Positions 31,921 to 40,756 of a DNA stretch of 64,000 nt are shown here, piece after piece. The DNA is from Holophagaceae bacterium (lineage in GTDB: Bacteria; Acidobacteriota; Holophagae; Holophagales; Holophagaceae), in the NCBI GenBank assembly GCA_035758545.1, contig DASTWQ010000073.1:7274-71273 (forward strand), given 5' to 3'. Below the pieces are notes generated by a model. It had not been told where the DNA came from and made no database searches. It saw only the letters and a list, made by a program, of their open reading frames with translations. The position numbers and the translations under genes were made by a program. The first letter of the stretch is position 1. Every line of letters starts with the position of its first letter.

Positions 31921-32727
31921 ATGAACCTGCGCCTTCTCTCCCTCCCGGCCGCCCTCGGCCTCGCCGCGGGTTGCATCTCGCCCCAGATCCGAGGCGCGAT
32001 GCCTCAGGGGCACACCCAGCGGTCCACCTCCGAGCAGGCTCCCAGGCTGCCGAACGCCCCCGCCGACCGGGGCACCTTCCCGGCCCCTGCGACGCGGGTC
32101 CAGGAGACCGGTGGCCGCCGGGGCGGGACGGGCCTCGGCCGGCCCCATCCCGGTCCCATGGGTCCCACCGGCGCAGACAAGTCCCTGCCGCCGCCCCTGG
32201 ACCATCGCCTGCCCCCGGGCACGCCGACGGCCACCTTCCACCGCACCTACCAGCCCTGCCGGGAGCAGCCCAACGACGCGTTCTGGACTCGCCGCTGCCA
32301 CGCCATCCAGGAATTCCTCCTGACGGAATCCCGGAGGGCCTTCATCCCCGCGGTGGCCTTCCCCGTGGATTCGGACCACCTGCAGGGCACCTCCATCGCG
32401 GGCGTGGGCTGGCGCGCCTATGGCTTCTTCGTGCCTCCGGGCGGGAAGGTCCGCGTCCTGCTCGACCACCCCAACAAGGCCTGGTTCAACCTCTACCTCG
32501 TGAACAAGTGGGGCAACAGCGTCGAGGGCGCCCGGCAGGTGCTGGGCCGCCGGGAGCTGCGCCTCGAGAACGTCACGAAGGAGGTGCAGGCGGTCTACGT
32601 GGTGGTGGACGACCCCGGCCTCATGGCCACGGAAGGGAAGCCCTACACGCTGACCCTGCAGCGCTCCTTCGATCCCGCGACGGTGGCCTCCGGCGACCTC
32701 AAGATCGCCCAGGGCATCTGGAACTGA
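31921..32727 (+). CDS. hypothetical lipoprotein
   Basis: MNLRLLSLPAALGLAAGC is a lipobox. RBS AGGAGG. Pro/Gly-rich linker followed by a globular C-terminal domain. Confidence 0.65.
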   Translation: MNLRLLSLPAALGLAAGCISPQIRGAMPQGHTQRSTSEQAPRLPNAPADRGTFPAPATRVQETGGRRGGTGLGRPHPGPMGPTGADKSLPPPLDHRLPPGTPTATFHRTYQPCREQPNDAFWTRRCHAIQEFLLTESRRAFIPAVAFPVDSDHLQGTSIAGVGWRAYGFFVPPGGKVRVLLDHPNKAWFNLYLVNKWGNSVEGARQVLGRRELRLENVTKEVQAVYVVVDDPGLMATEGKPYTLTLQRSFDPATVASGDLKIAQGIWN

Positions 32728-33678
32728 TCAGGCCCAGGGGCAGTCTCCGGTGACCTGGAGCCGGAAGCTGTCCCGCTCCACGGCGAGCTCGGCGCGGTCC
32801 CGCGCCGCGGCGGGCTCGCCGTCCAGGTGCCAGGGTGCGGGGCGGTCGAGGTGGAGGATGGCCCGCAGGATCCGGCCCTCCTGGCGCAGGGCGCTGTGGC
32901 CGTCCTCGCGGAAGAGGGCCGGGCCTTCGGCGAGGGCGCCGAAGAGCGAGGGGCGCCGGAGCGCGGCCCACTGCAGGGCGCCGTCCCGCGGATCCGCGTG
33001 GGGCGCGATCCAGAGCCCGGCCCCGAACTGGGGCAGGTTCGCGAAGCAGAGGCTCCAGGGCGCTTCGGGCAGCTCCGGCTCGTCCCCGCGCCAGGCGGCC
33101 TTCAGCTTGTCGAGGGCGGTGGCCGGCTCCGGCGCCGCCGGCCGCTGGGCGTCCCACCGCGCCTTCAGCGGTTTCTCCGAGCGCCAGAGCCGCAGGGAGA
33201 GCCGGGCGTAGCCGAGGAAGCCCCGGCTGCCCAGGGCGTCGAAGCCGTGGGCCACGGCGGCCTCGAAGCCCGTGCCGCAGAGGTTCAGGAAGGGCTCGCC
33301 GTCCAGCAGGCCCAGGTCCACCTTCAGCTCCCGGCCCTCCAGCAGTCGCCGGATGGCGCCCGCGGGATCCAGCGGCGTGCGCAGGCCCCGCACGGCCCCG
33401 TTGCCGCTGCCGCCGGGTACCGCAGCGAGGGGCACGGGGCAGCCCGCGGCCCGCAGGGCCTTCATCGCGTGGTGCACGGTGCCGTCGCCGCCCCAGACCA
33501 GCAGCGGGCCGCCCGCGGCCCGGGCCTGGGCGATGGCGGGGGCGTAGTCCCAGGGTGGCCCGAAGGGCAGGGGCTCGATGCGGGCCCGCAGGTCCGCGGG
33601 GAGCTTTCGCAGCACCGCGTCCGGATCCTTCCGCGCCGTGCCCGAGGCCGGGTTGAAGAGCAGGGGGAGCCCGGTCAT
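32728..33678 (-). CDS. diacylglycerol/lipid kinase family protein (YegS/LCB5-like)
   Basis: LLFNPASG, LLVWGGDGTVHH, and VPGGSGNG. Confidence 0.8.
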   Translation of the reverse strand: MTGLPLLFNPASGTARKDPDAVLRKLPADLRARIEPLPFGPPWDYAPAIAQARAAGGPLLVWGGDGTVHHAMKALRAAGCPVPLAAVPGGSGNGAVRGLRTPLDPAGAIRRLLEGRELKVDLGLLDGEPFLNLCGTGFEAAVAHGFDALGSRGFLGYARLSLRLWRSEKPLKARWDAQRPAAPEPATALDKLKAAWRGDEPELPEAPWSLCFANLPQFGAGLWIAPHADPRDGALQWAALRRPSLFGALAEGPALFREDGHSALRQEGRILRAILHLDRPAPWHLDGEPAAARDRAELAVERDSFRLQVTGDCPWA

Positions 33679-34184
33679 CGCCCCGGCGCCTTCAGCTCCC
33701 AGGCCTGGAGCAGCTCGCCGTCCTTCACCCGGAGCCGGAACCGCCGTCCCCCCAGGGCCGCGCCGGGATCGGGCGCGAGGAAGTAGAGCCGGGTCCCGTC
33801 CGGCAGCTGCTGGCGGAAGACCTGGTGGTGCTGGGTCAGCAGGAAGGACTGCTTCTGCCGCAGGCGCAGCAGGTCGCCGGAGGAGGCCAGGGGATTCCAG
33901 CGCCAGGGCCAGGCGTCCCGCTCGGGGAAGCGCGGGCAGGCGCCGGGCTCCAGCTCCCAGACCGCCGCGTACTTCTTCAGCTCCGTGAGGGTGAGGGGAT
34001 CCGAGACGGGCGCGCCTCCCTCGGGCACGGGCCCCTGGGGGACGCGGTAGGCCCGGACCATGGGCGGGATCCCCCGGTAGCCGGCCTGGGCCATGGCCCA
34101 GGCGAGGAAGTCCGCGCCGAGCCAGAGCAGCGGCGCGAGGAGGAGGGCGGTGCCCCAGGTGCCCAGCTGGCGGGTGGCTCTCAC
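33675..34184 (-). CDS. hypothetical membrane-anchored protein
   Basis: GTG start, N-terminal TM (WGTALLLAPLLWLGADFLAW), and a 4-nt overlap with the lipid kinase gene. Confidence 0.5.
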   Translation of the reverse strand: MRATRQLGTWGTALLLAPLLWLGADFLAWAMAQAGYRGIPPMVRAYRVPQGPVPEGGAPVSDPLTLTELKKYAAVWELEPGACPRFPERDAWPWRWNPLASSGDLLRLRQKQSFLLTQHHQVFRQQLPDGTRLYFLAPDPGAALGGRRFRLRVKDGELLQAWELKAPGR

Positions 34185-35090
34185 TCAGGTCCTCCGGAAT
34201 CGGGTCGGGGGCGCCTCCAGGTCCAGGGGCGCGCCAGTGATGGGATGCGTGAGGGAGAGCCGCCAGGCATGGAGCCAGAGCCGGTCCGAAGGGGCGCCGC
34301 CGTAGAGGGCGTCGCCGAGGATCGGCCGTCCCAGGCTCGCCAGGTGGACGCGGATCTGGTGGGTGCGCCCCGTGCGGGGGCGGGCGAGGATCCAGTGGGG
34401 GCCTTCCAGCGTCGCCCGCAGCTCCGGCGGCACGGCTTCGAAATCCGTGCGCGAAGCCTTCGGATCCATCAGGTCCCCATCGCAGCCGAAGCGCCCCGGA
34501 TCCGCGTGGCGGATGCGGCCGATGGGGCGGTCCACCGCGCAGGGCTCCAGGGGCTCCGACAGCCGCGCCAGGTAGGCCTTGCGCACGCCGCCTTCGGTGA
34601 ACTGCTTCGTCAGGGAGGGATTGGCCTTCGGGTCCTTGGCGAAGACCAGCAGCCCTGAGGTGCCCAGGTCCAGCCGATGGTGGAGGAAGAGCTTCAGGTC
34701 CGGCCGCTGCTTCCGCAGCATCGCCAGCAGGTCGTGCTGGTCCGAGGCCCAGGTGCCCTGGGTGGGCAGGCCCGCGGGCTTGTCCACCGCCAGCAGCGCG
34801 TCGTCCTCGAACACGATGGGGATCTCGATCTGCGGCGCCGGGGGCAGGTGGGGATCGAAGGCCACCCGCACCTCCGTGCCCGGCGCCACCACCTTGCCCG
34901 CCACCCGCACCCGCTTCCGGGCCACCTGGACGCCGCCCAGCTGAAGGGCCTCCCGGGCCTGGCGCCGGGACAGCTCCGTCCGGGCCGCGATCAGCTGATC
35001 GAGGCGGAGCCCCGCCTCGGAGGGGTCCACGGTGAAGGTCCAACGCTGCAAGGCCACGCCTTCCAGCCTATTCGGATTGAATGTTGACAA
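34185..35090 (-). CDS. RluA-family pseudouridine synthase (RluD-like with S4 domain)
   Basis: LHHRLDLGTSGLLVFAK catalytic Asp motif and RPRTGRTHQIRVHL. The start at 35090 is a TTG and is uncertain. Confidence 0.85.
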   Translation of the reverse strand: MSTFNPNRLEGVALQRWTFTVDPSEAGLRLDQLIAARTELSRRQAREALQLGGVQVARKRVRVAGKVVAPGTEVRVAFDPHLPPAPQIEIPIVFEDDALLAVDKPAGLPTQGTWASDQHDLLAMLRKQRPDLKLFLHHRLDLGTSGLLVFAKDPKANPSLTKQFTEGGVRKAYLARLSEPLEPCAVDRPIGRIRHADPGRFGCDGDLMDPKASRTDFEAVPPELRATLEGPHWILARPRTGRTHQIRVHLASLGRPILGDALYGGAPSDRLWLHAWRLSLTHPITGAPLDLEAPPTRFRRT

Positions 35091-35126
35091 TTTTGGTCAA
35101 CATATTGTTGAGTAAAAAGGTCAACT
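35082..35126. promoter_or_regulatory. two tandem operator-like palindromes upstream of cysK
   Basis: TGTTGAC-N7-GTCAACA (35082-35102) and TGTTGAG-N7-GTCAACT (35106-35126), phased 24 bp apart in an AT-rich 49-nt divergent intergenic region. Confidence 0.5.
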
Positions 35127-35139
35127 TTAAGGAGCCCCC

Positions 35140-36117
35140 ATGACCCACCGCCCGAACCGCGTGGAGCACGCCTACCAGCTCATCGGCCACACCCCCGTCG
35201 TCCGCCTTCAGCGCCTCGTGCCCGAAGGCTCGGCCTCGGTCTTCGTGAAGCTGGAGAGCCAGAACCCCGGCGGCAGCGTGAAGGACCGCATCGCCCTCGC
35301 CATGATCGAGGACGCCGAGGACCAGGGCCTGCTCAAGCCGGGCATGCGCCTCCTGGAGGCCACCAGCGGCAACACCGGCATCGGCCTGGCCTTCCTGGCC
35401 GCGGCCAAGGGCTACGGGATCACCCTCGTCATGCCCGACACCATGACCGCGGAGCGCCGCGCCCTGCTCAAGGCCTACGGGGCCCACCTGGTGCTGACGC
35501 CCGGCGCCGGCGGCATGAAGGCCGCGGTGGAGCAGGCCGATGCCATCGCCGCCGCCCACCCCGGCCGCTACTTCCAGGTGCGCCAGTTCGACAACCCCGC
35601 CAACCCGGCGGTCCACCGCCGCACCACCGCCGAGGAGCTCCTGGCCCAGGTGCCGGAGCTGGACGCCTTCGTGGCGGGCGTGGGCACCGGCGGCACGGTG
35701 ACGGGCGTGGGCGAGATCCTCGCCCAGCGCAAGCCCGGCACGGTGGTGATGGCCGTGGAGCCGGAGACCTCGCCGCTCCTGAGCAAGGGCGAGACCGGGC
35801 CCAACAAGATCCAGGGCATCGGGCCGAATTTCGTACCGGCGATCCTCAACCGCGACGCCTTCCAGCGGGTGCGCCCCGTGAGCTACGAGGACGCCGTCGC
35901 CACCGCCCGCCGACTCGCCCGGGAGGAGGGCCTGCTGTCCGGCATCAGCACCGGCGCCATCGTCTTCGCCGCCCTGGAGCTGGCGAAGGAGCTCGGCGCG
36001 GGGAAGACGGTCGTGGCGATGCTCTGCGACACCGGCGAGCGCTACCTGAGCCACCCGCTCTACGCCGAGTTCGAGGCGCCCGTGGACGAGGCCCTGGTCG
36101 AGGCCGCCAGGGCCTGA
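35140..36117 (+). CDS. cysK: cysteine synthase A (O-acetylserine sulfhydrylase)
   Basis: IGHTPVVRL, KLESQNPGGSVKDRIA (PLP lysine), and GVGTGGTVTG. Confidence 0.95.
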   Translation: MTHRPNRVEHAYQLIGHTPVVRLQRLVPEGSASVFVKLESQNPGGSVKDRIALAMIEDAEDQGLLKPGMRLLEATSGNTGIGLAFLAAAKGYGITLVMPDTMTAERRALLKAYGAHLVLTPGAGGMKAAVEQADAIAAAHPGRYFQVRQFDNPANPAVHRRTTAEELLAQVPELDAFVAGVGTGGTVTGVGEILAQRKPGTVVMAVEPETSPLLSKGETGPNKIQGIGPNFVPAILNRDAFQRVRPVSYEDAVATARRLAREEGLLSGISTGAIVFAALELAKELGAGKTVVAMLCDTGERYLSHPLYAEFEAPVDEALVEAARA

Positions 36118-36164
36118 GCCGCCGGAGCCTGAGCTGCGGGGGACCTGTGCGAGGATGGGGCGCC

Positions 36165-36830
36165 ATGCGCCCCGTCCTCGCGGTCCTTCCCGTCCTCCTC
36201 GGCCTGCCCGCGAGTCTGGCGCCGCTGGCCGCGCAGCCGCCGGACCCGGCCCGGGTCCGGGCCCGGGAGGTGTTCGCCCAGGTGAACTGGGCCCGGCAGC
36301 ATCCCCAGGCCGCGGCGGAGGCGCTCCGGGGCTGGCTCAAGGCCTTCGAGGGGGACCGCTACCTCTGCGTCCCCGGCGAGCCCCGGCTGAGGCTGGAGGA
36401 GGGCCGGGCGGCAGTGGTGGAGGCCATCGCCTTCCTGGACCGGCAGCCGCCGGTGCCGCCGGTGGCCTGGTCGGACCGGCTGGCCCGGGCCGCCCGGGCC
36501 CTGGCGGCGGACCAGGCCCGGCTGGGGGGCCTCGGCCACCAGGGCAGCGACGGGAGCCTGCCCTCGGACCGGGTGGCGGAAGACGGCCCGCCGGCGGCGG
36601 CCCTGGGCGAGGTGGCCACCTACGGCACCTTCGGCGAGCCCGGTGATCCCCGGAGGGCGGTCCTGGCGCTGATCGTGGACGACGGGGTCCGGGACCGGGG
36701 GCACCGGAAGGTGATCTTCGACCCTCAGTACCGCCTCGCCGGCGCCGCTTGGGGCCCGCATCCGCTCTACACCCGCATGGCGGTGGTGGACTTCGCCTCG
36801 GCCTTCCTCCCGGTGGCGCCGCCGCACTAG
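36165..36830 (+). CDS. CAP/SCP (PR-1-like) domain secreted protein
   Basis: Signal peptide; VNWARQHP..., GHQGSDGS, and GHRKVIFDP, as in YkwD-type CAP domains. Confidence 0.7.
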   Translation: MRPVLAVLPVLLGLPASLAPLAAQPPDPARVRAREVFAQVNWARQHPQAAAEALRGWLKAFEGDRYLCVPGEPRLRLEEGRAAVVEAIAFLDRQPPVPPVAWSDRLARAARALAADQARLGGLGHQGSDGSLPSDRVAEDGPPAAALGEVATYGTFGEPGDPRRAVLALIVDDGVRDRGHRKVIFDPQYRLAGAAWGPHPLYTRMAVVDFASAFLPVAPPH

Positions 36831-36878
36831 GGGCCGCCTGCTCCGGGGGCGGCGGGGTGCTAGGCTTGCTGCGCCCCC

Positions 36879-37664
36879 ATGCCCTGGATCGCATCCCTCG
36901 GCGCCGCCGTGCGCCACTTCCTGGAGTACGCCGGTGACCTCGCGCACCTGGCCTGGCGCGCCCTGGCGGGGCTGCTCCGGCTGGACGGCGCCCGGGCTCG
37001 GGCCGTGGGGCCGGTGCTCAAGGCCCAGCTGAGGTTCACCGGTGAGCAGGGCCTCTGGCTCGTGGCCGGTGCGGGCGGGATCCTCGGCGCCGTCACCCTG
37101 CTCCAGGCCTACGCCCAGCTCGCGGCCTTCGGCCCCGGGCAGTACACGGGGCTGCTGCTCTCCGCGGTGATCCTCCGGGAGCTGGGGCCCGTCCTCGCGG
37201 CGGTGCTCGTGATCGGGCGCAGCGGGACCGCCATCGCCGCGGAGTTCGCCACCATGCGGCTCGGCGAGGAGATCGAGGGCCTGGAGGCCCATGGCGTCGA
37301 CCCGGCCCAGTACCTGATCCTGCCGCGCCTGCTGGGCGCCATGGCCTCGCTCTTCGCCCTGATGGTCTTCCTGGACGCCGCGGCGCTGCTGGCGGGCTAC
37401 GCCATCGCCAAGCTCCGCCTCGGCATGCCCTGGGACCTCTTCTGGACCCAGGTGCGGGCCTCCCTGGCCCTCCGGGACTTCGGGCTCACGGCCCTCAAGG
37501 GCGGCGTCTTCGGCGCCCTCATCGCGCTCCAGGCCTGCTACTTCGGGCTCTCGGTGAAGGCCAGCCAGACGGAGGTGCCCCAGGTGGTGACGAAGGCGGT
37601 GGTGGCGGCCCTCGTGAGCGTCTTCGTGGCGGACGGCCTCTTCGTGGCGTTGCTCTATGCCTGA
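36879..37664 (+). CDS. mlaE: MlaE-family ABC transporter permease
   Basis: ILRELGPVLAAVLVIGRSGTAIAAEFATMRLGEEIEGLEAHGVDP..LILPRLL. Confidence 0.85.
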   Translation: MPWIASLGAAVRHFLEYAGDLAHLAWRALAGLLRLDGARARAVGPVLKAQLRFTGEQGLWLVAGAGGILGAVTLLQAYAQLAAFGPGQYTGLLLSAVILRELGPVLAAVLVIGRSGTAIAAEFATMRLGEEIEGLEAHGVDPAQYLILPRLLGAMASLFALMVFLDAAALLAGYAIAKLRLGMPWDLFWTQVRASLALRDFGLTALKGGVFGALIALQACYFGLSVKASQTEVPQVVTKAVVAALVSVFVADGLFVALLYA

Positions 37665-38343
37665 GCCCCTCGCCCTCTCCGCCTCCGGCCTGCGGCTGGC
37701 CGCCCCGGACGGCCGGACGATCCTCCGGGACGCCTCCCTGGAGTTGCCGGCAGGCGCCCGGGCCTGGATCGAGGGCCCGCCGGGCTCCGGCAAGCGCGCG
37801 CTGCTGAAGGTGCTCGCGGGCCTGCTGGCCCCCCAGGCCGGCGAGGTGCGCCTGGGCGGCGTGCGGCTCTGGCCCGGCGACGGCGCCGGGCAGCTGCGGG
37901 GCCGGCCGCGGCTGGGCTTCGCCTTCGCCCAGGGCGGCCTGCTCTCGAACCTCTCCCTGCGGGAGAACCTCGCGCTGCCCCTCCGCTTCGCGGGCCGCGC
38001 GCCGCGGCAGGTGGAGGACGACCTCGCGGCCGCCCTGGCCCGTTACGGGCTCGCAGACCAGGCGGACCTGAGGCCCCACGCCCTCGGCCCCCGGAGCCGC
38101 CGCCTCATCCAGTGGGCCCGGCTGGACCTGCTGGATCCGGAGGTCATCTTCCTCTCCGAGCCCTTCGCGGACCTGGACGGGCCCGCCCTGGAGCTGGCCA
38201 TCGAGGCCCTCGCCCGCTGGGCGGGGGACCCTTCCCGCCTCCTCGTCGCCGCCGGGGATCCGGCGCAGGCGTCCCGCCTCCCGGGCGCGCGTCGCCTGCG
38301 CCTGGAGGCCGGCACCCTCCATCCCCTCGGGAGCGCCCCATGA
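37657..38343 (+). CDS. MlaF-position ABC ATPase-like protein with degenerate motifs
   Basis: Walker A GPPGSGKR, Q-loop FAFAQ, signature region LGPRS instead of LSGGQ, Walker B VIFLSEP (Ser in place of Asp), and no switch His. Confidence 0.75.
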   Translation: MPEPLALSASGLRLAAPDGRTILRDASLELPAGARAWIEGPPGSGKRALLKVLAGLLAPQAGEVRLGGVRLWPGDGAGQLRGRPRLGFAFAQGGLLSNLSLRENLALPLRFAGRAPRQVEDDLAAALARYGLADQADLRPHALGPRSRRLIQWARLDLLDPEVIFLSEPFADLDGPALELAIEALARWAGDPSRLLVAAGDPAQASRLPGARRLRLEAGTLHPLGSAP

Positions 38344-39296
38344 TCGTCAACCGGCAGGACGCCCGCCTGGGCTTCTTCGTGCTCGCCGCCCTGGCCCTCT
38401 TCCTGGGCCTGCTCATCTACGCGAGCGCCCCCAAGGTGACGGAGCGGACCCATCCCTACGCCGTGCGGCTGGACGACCTCCAGGGCGTGGACGTGGGCAC
38501 GCCGGTGCTGCTGCAGGGCTATCCCGTGGGCCGGGTCGAGACGGTCCGGCTGCAGCGGGAGGGGACGGTCTACAGCTTCCGCGCGGACCTCTCCCTCAAG
38601 GACGGCATCCTCCTCTGGGACGGCACCAAGGCCGCGGTCATCAGCCAGGGGCTCAGCGGCGTGGCGTTGGCGCTGGTGCTGCCGCCGGTGGCCCAGCGCA
38701 CCGCCGCGCTCCAGGACGGCGCCGTGCTTCCGGGGGTGGCGGGCAGCAGCCTCGATACGGTGATCGCCAAGGCCGACAAGCTCCTCACGGACCTGGACAC
38801 CTCCGTCACCGATCTGCGGGCCCAGTTCCAGCAGCGGGGCGCGGGCGTGGTGCTGGACCATCCGGCGGTGGCCAAGGCGCTCAAGGATCTGGACGCGACG
38901 CTGCGGTCCTACCAGGGGCTCGCGGAGCAGGGGAAGCGGGCCGTCGCTGGCCTGGACCCGGCGCTGGCGGACCTCCAGGCGGGCCTCCGCCAGGTGCGCA
39001 CGCTGCTGGAGACCCACCGGGGCGATCTGGACGCCACCGTGGCGAACCTGGCCACGCTCACCCAGCGCATGAACGCCCTCAGCGCCTCCCTGGACGAGGC
39101 CGTGCGCACGGACCAGCCCCAGCTCGCGGAGACCCTCAAGGGCATCCAGGCCCTCACGAAGAACCTGCAGGAGCTCACGGAGCTGCTCAAGCAGAAGCCC
39201 CACTGGGCGGTCTGGGGCTCTCCGAGCGACGCCGCGCGTCAGAAGGCCAAGGACGCGGCGGCGGCCCAGGAGCCTGCGGCGGGGAAGCAGCCCTAG
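38340..39296 (+). CDS. mlaD: MlaD/MCE-family substrate-binding protein
   Basis: N-terminal TM, an MCE core LQGVDVGTPVLLQGYPVGRVETV, and a long helical C-terminus. ATGA overlap with the upstream gene. Confidence 0.8.
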   Translation: MIVNRQDARLGFFVLAALALFLGLLIYASAPKVTERTHPYAVRLDDLQGVDVGTPVLLQGYPVGRVETVRLQREGTVYSFRADLSLKDGILLWDGTKAAVISQGLSGVALALVLPPVAQRTAALQDGAVLPGVAGSSLDTVIAKADKLLTDLDTSVTDLRAQFQQRGAGVVLDHPAVAKALKDLDATLRSYQGLAEQGKRAVAGLDPALADLQAGLRQVRTLLETHRGDLDATVANLATLTQRMNALSASLDEAVRTDQPQLAETLKGIQALTKNLQELTELLKQKPHWAVWGSPSDAARQKAKDAAAAQEPAAGKQP

Positions 39297-39586
39297 AGCT
39301 TGTCCAGGCCCTCGACCCCGATGGTGGGCAGCCAGGGCAGCAGCTCGTACTGGGCGCAGCCCTGCTGCACGAAGGGATCGCCGTCCCGGAGGGCGTCCAG
39401 GGTCTGGGCCGCGCCCTCGTCGGGCACGCGGAGCAGGAGCGCGCCGCCGTTGCGGGGATCCAGCGGCCCCGAGGCCAGCAGCAGGCCCTTCGCCTGGAGC
39501 TCCCGCAGGTAGGCGCGGTGCTCGTCCAGCAGCTTCAAGGCCTCCTCGAGGGGCTTGCGGTACCGGAAGATGGCGAGGGCGTACAT
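39293..39586 (-). CDS. YciI family protein
   Basis: 97 aa with HRAYLRELQAKGLLLASGPL...GGALLLRV...DPF. Confidence 0.85.
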   Translation of the reverse strand: MYALAIFRYRKPLEEALKLLDEHRAYLRELQAKGLLLASGPLDPRNGGALLLRVPDEGAAQTLDALRDGDPFVQQGCAQYELLPWLPTIGVEGLDKL

Positions 39587-39608
39587 GGGGGCTCCAGGGG
39601 GTCAGGGC

Positions 39609-39673
39609 TGAGGCTGCGAGGGGTGAGGGTCGAAGCCTTGCCTCGCCACCTCACGGCCTCATCGCCTCACACC
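39609..39673. repeat. REP-like imperfect palindromic intergenic element, copy 1
   Basis: GAGGCTGCGAGGGGTGAGGG - loop - CCTCGCCACCTCACGGCCTC, followed by CCTCAC repeats. Shares the 13-nt CCTCGCCACCTCA with copy 2. Confidence 0.5.
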
Positions 39674-40621
39674 TCAATCTCGCACGATGCGGGTGCCGAC
39701 GGCGTCGAAGCCGTGGCCCTTGAGGGCGTCCGGCGAGGTGATGAGCACCTCCTCGCCGCCGCCGTCCAGGTAGGCCAGGGCGCTCTCGATCTTGGGGCCC
39801 ATGCTGCCGGGGGGGAACTGGCCTTCGGCGAGGTGCTTCCGGGCCTCGGCGGCGGTCATGCGGTCCACCCATCGCTGGGTGGGCTTGCCGAAGTCCAGGG
39901 CCACCTTGGGGACGCCGGTGAGGACCACGTAGAGCTTCGCGCCGAGCTGGGCCGCCAGCAGCGCGCTGAGGCGGTCCTTGTCGATGACGGCCTCGACCCC
40001 TACGAGGAAGCCGCTGGCGTCCCGGATGACGGGGATGCCGCCGCCGCCGCCGGCGATGACCGCGTGGCCCGTCTGCAGCAGCATCCGGATGGCCTCCAGC
40101 TGCACGATCTCCAGGGGGCGCGGGCTCGGGACGACCTTGCGCCAGCCGCGGCCCGAGTCCTCCCGCATCTTCCACTTCTTCGCCTTCATGAGGTCCAGGG
40201 CGCGGAACTCGGGATAGAAGGGCCCGACGAACTTGGTGGGGTTCTCGAAGCCGGGATCGTGCTGGTCCACGACCACCTCGGTGAGCACCGTCGTCACCGG
40301 GGTCTCCAGCTGCTCGAAGCGGAGCCGGTTCGTGAGCATGCGCTCGATCATGTAGCCCATGGAGCCCTGGGTCATGCCCACGGCGATGTCCAGGCTGTAG
40401 GGCGGGATCTGGGTGGCCGCCGCCTCCTGCTGGATGAGCAGGTTGCCCACCTGGGGGCCGTTGCCGTGGACGACGCAGAGGCTGTAGCCCGCGGCCACGA
40501 CCCGGGCCAGGGTCTCCGCCGTCTCCCGGGCGTTCTCCAGCTGCTCCTCCTGGAGGCCGCGCTCCTTCTCCTTGAGCAGGGCGTTGCCGCCGATGGCGAG
40601 GAGGGCGATGGGGCGGGTCAT
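39674..40621 (-). CDS. arcC: carbamate kinase
   Basis: IALLAIGGNALL, VVHGNGPQVG, and AGGGGGIPV. Confidence 0.92.
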   Translation of the reverse strand: MTRPIALLAIGGNALLKEKERGLQEEQLENARETAETLARVVAAGYSLCVVHGNGPQVGNLLIQQEAAATQIPPYSLDIAVGMTQGSMGYMIERMLTNRLRFEQLETPVTTVLTEVVVDQHDPGFENPTKFVGPFYPEFRALDLMKAKKWKMREDSGRGWRKVVPSPRPLEIVQLEAIRMLLQTGHAVIAGGGGGIPVIRDASGFLVGVEAVIDKDRLSALLAAQLGAKLYVVLTGVPKVALDFGKPTQRWVDRMTAAEARKHLAEGQFPPGSMGPKIESALAYLDGGGEEVLITSPDALKGHGFDAVGTRIVRD

Positions 40622-40756
40622 GGGCCGGATCCGGAAAAGAGTCGAGTGTAGCGCCCGGCCCCGCGCCCCCCAAGGCCGCGCTTCCGTCGGGGCGCCGGGG
40701 GCGCCTAGACTTGGGTTTTCCCCGATGCCCCGTCTCCCTGTTCCAGGCCTCCGCGC

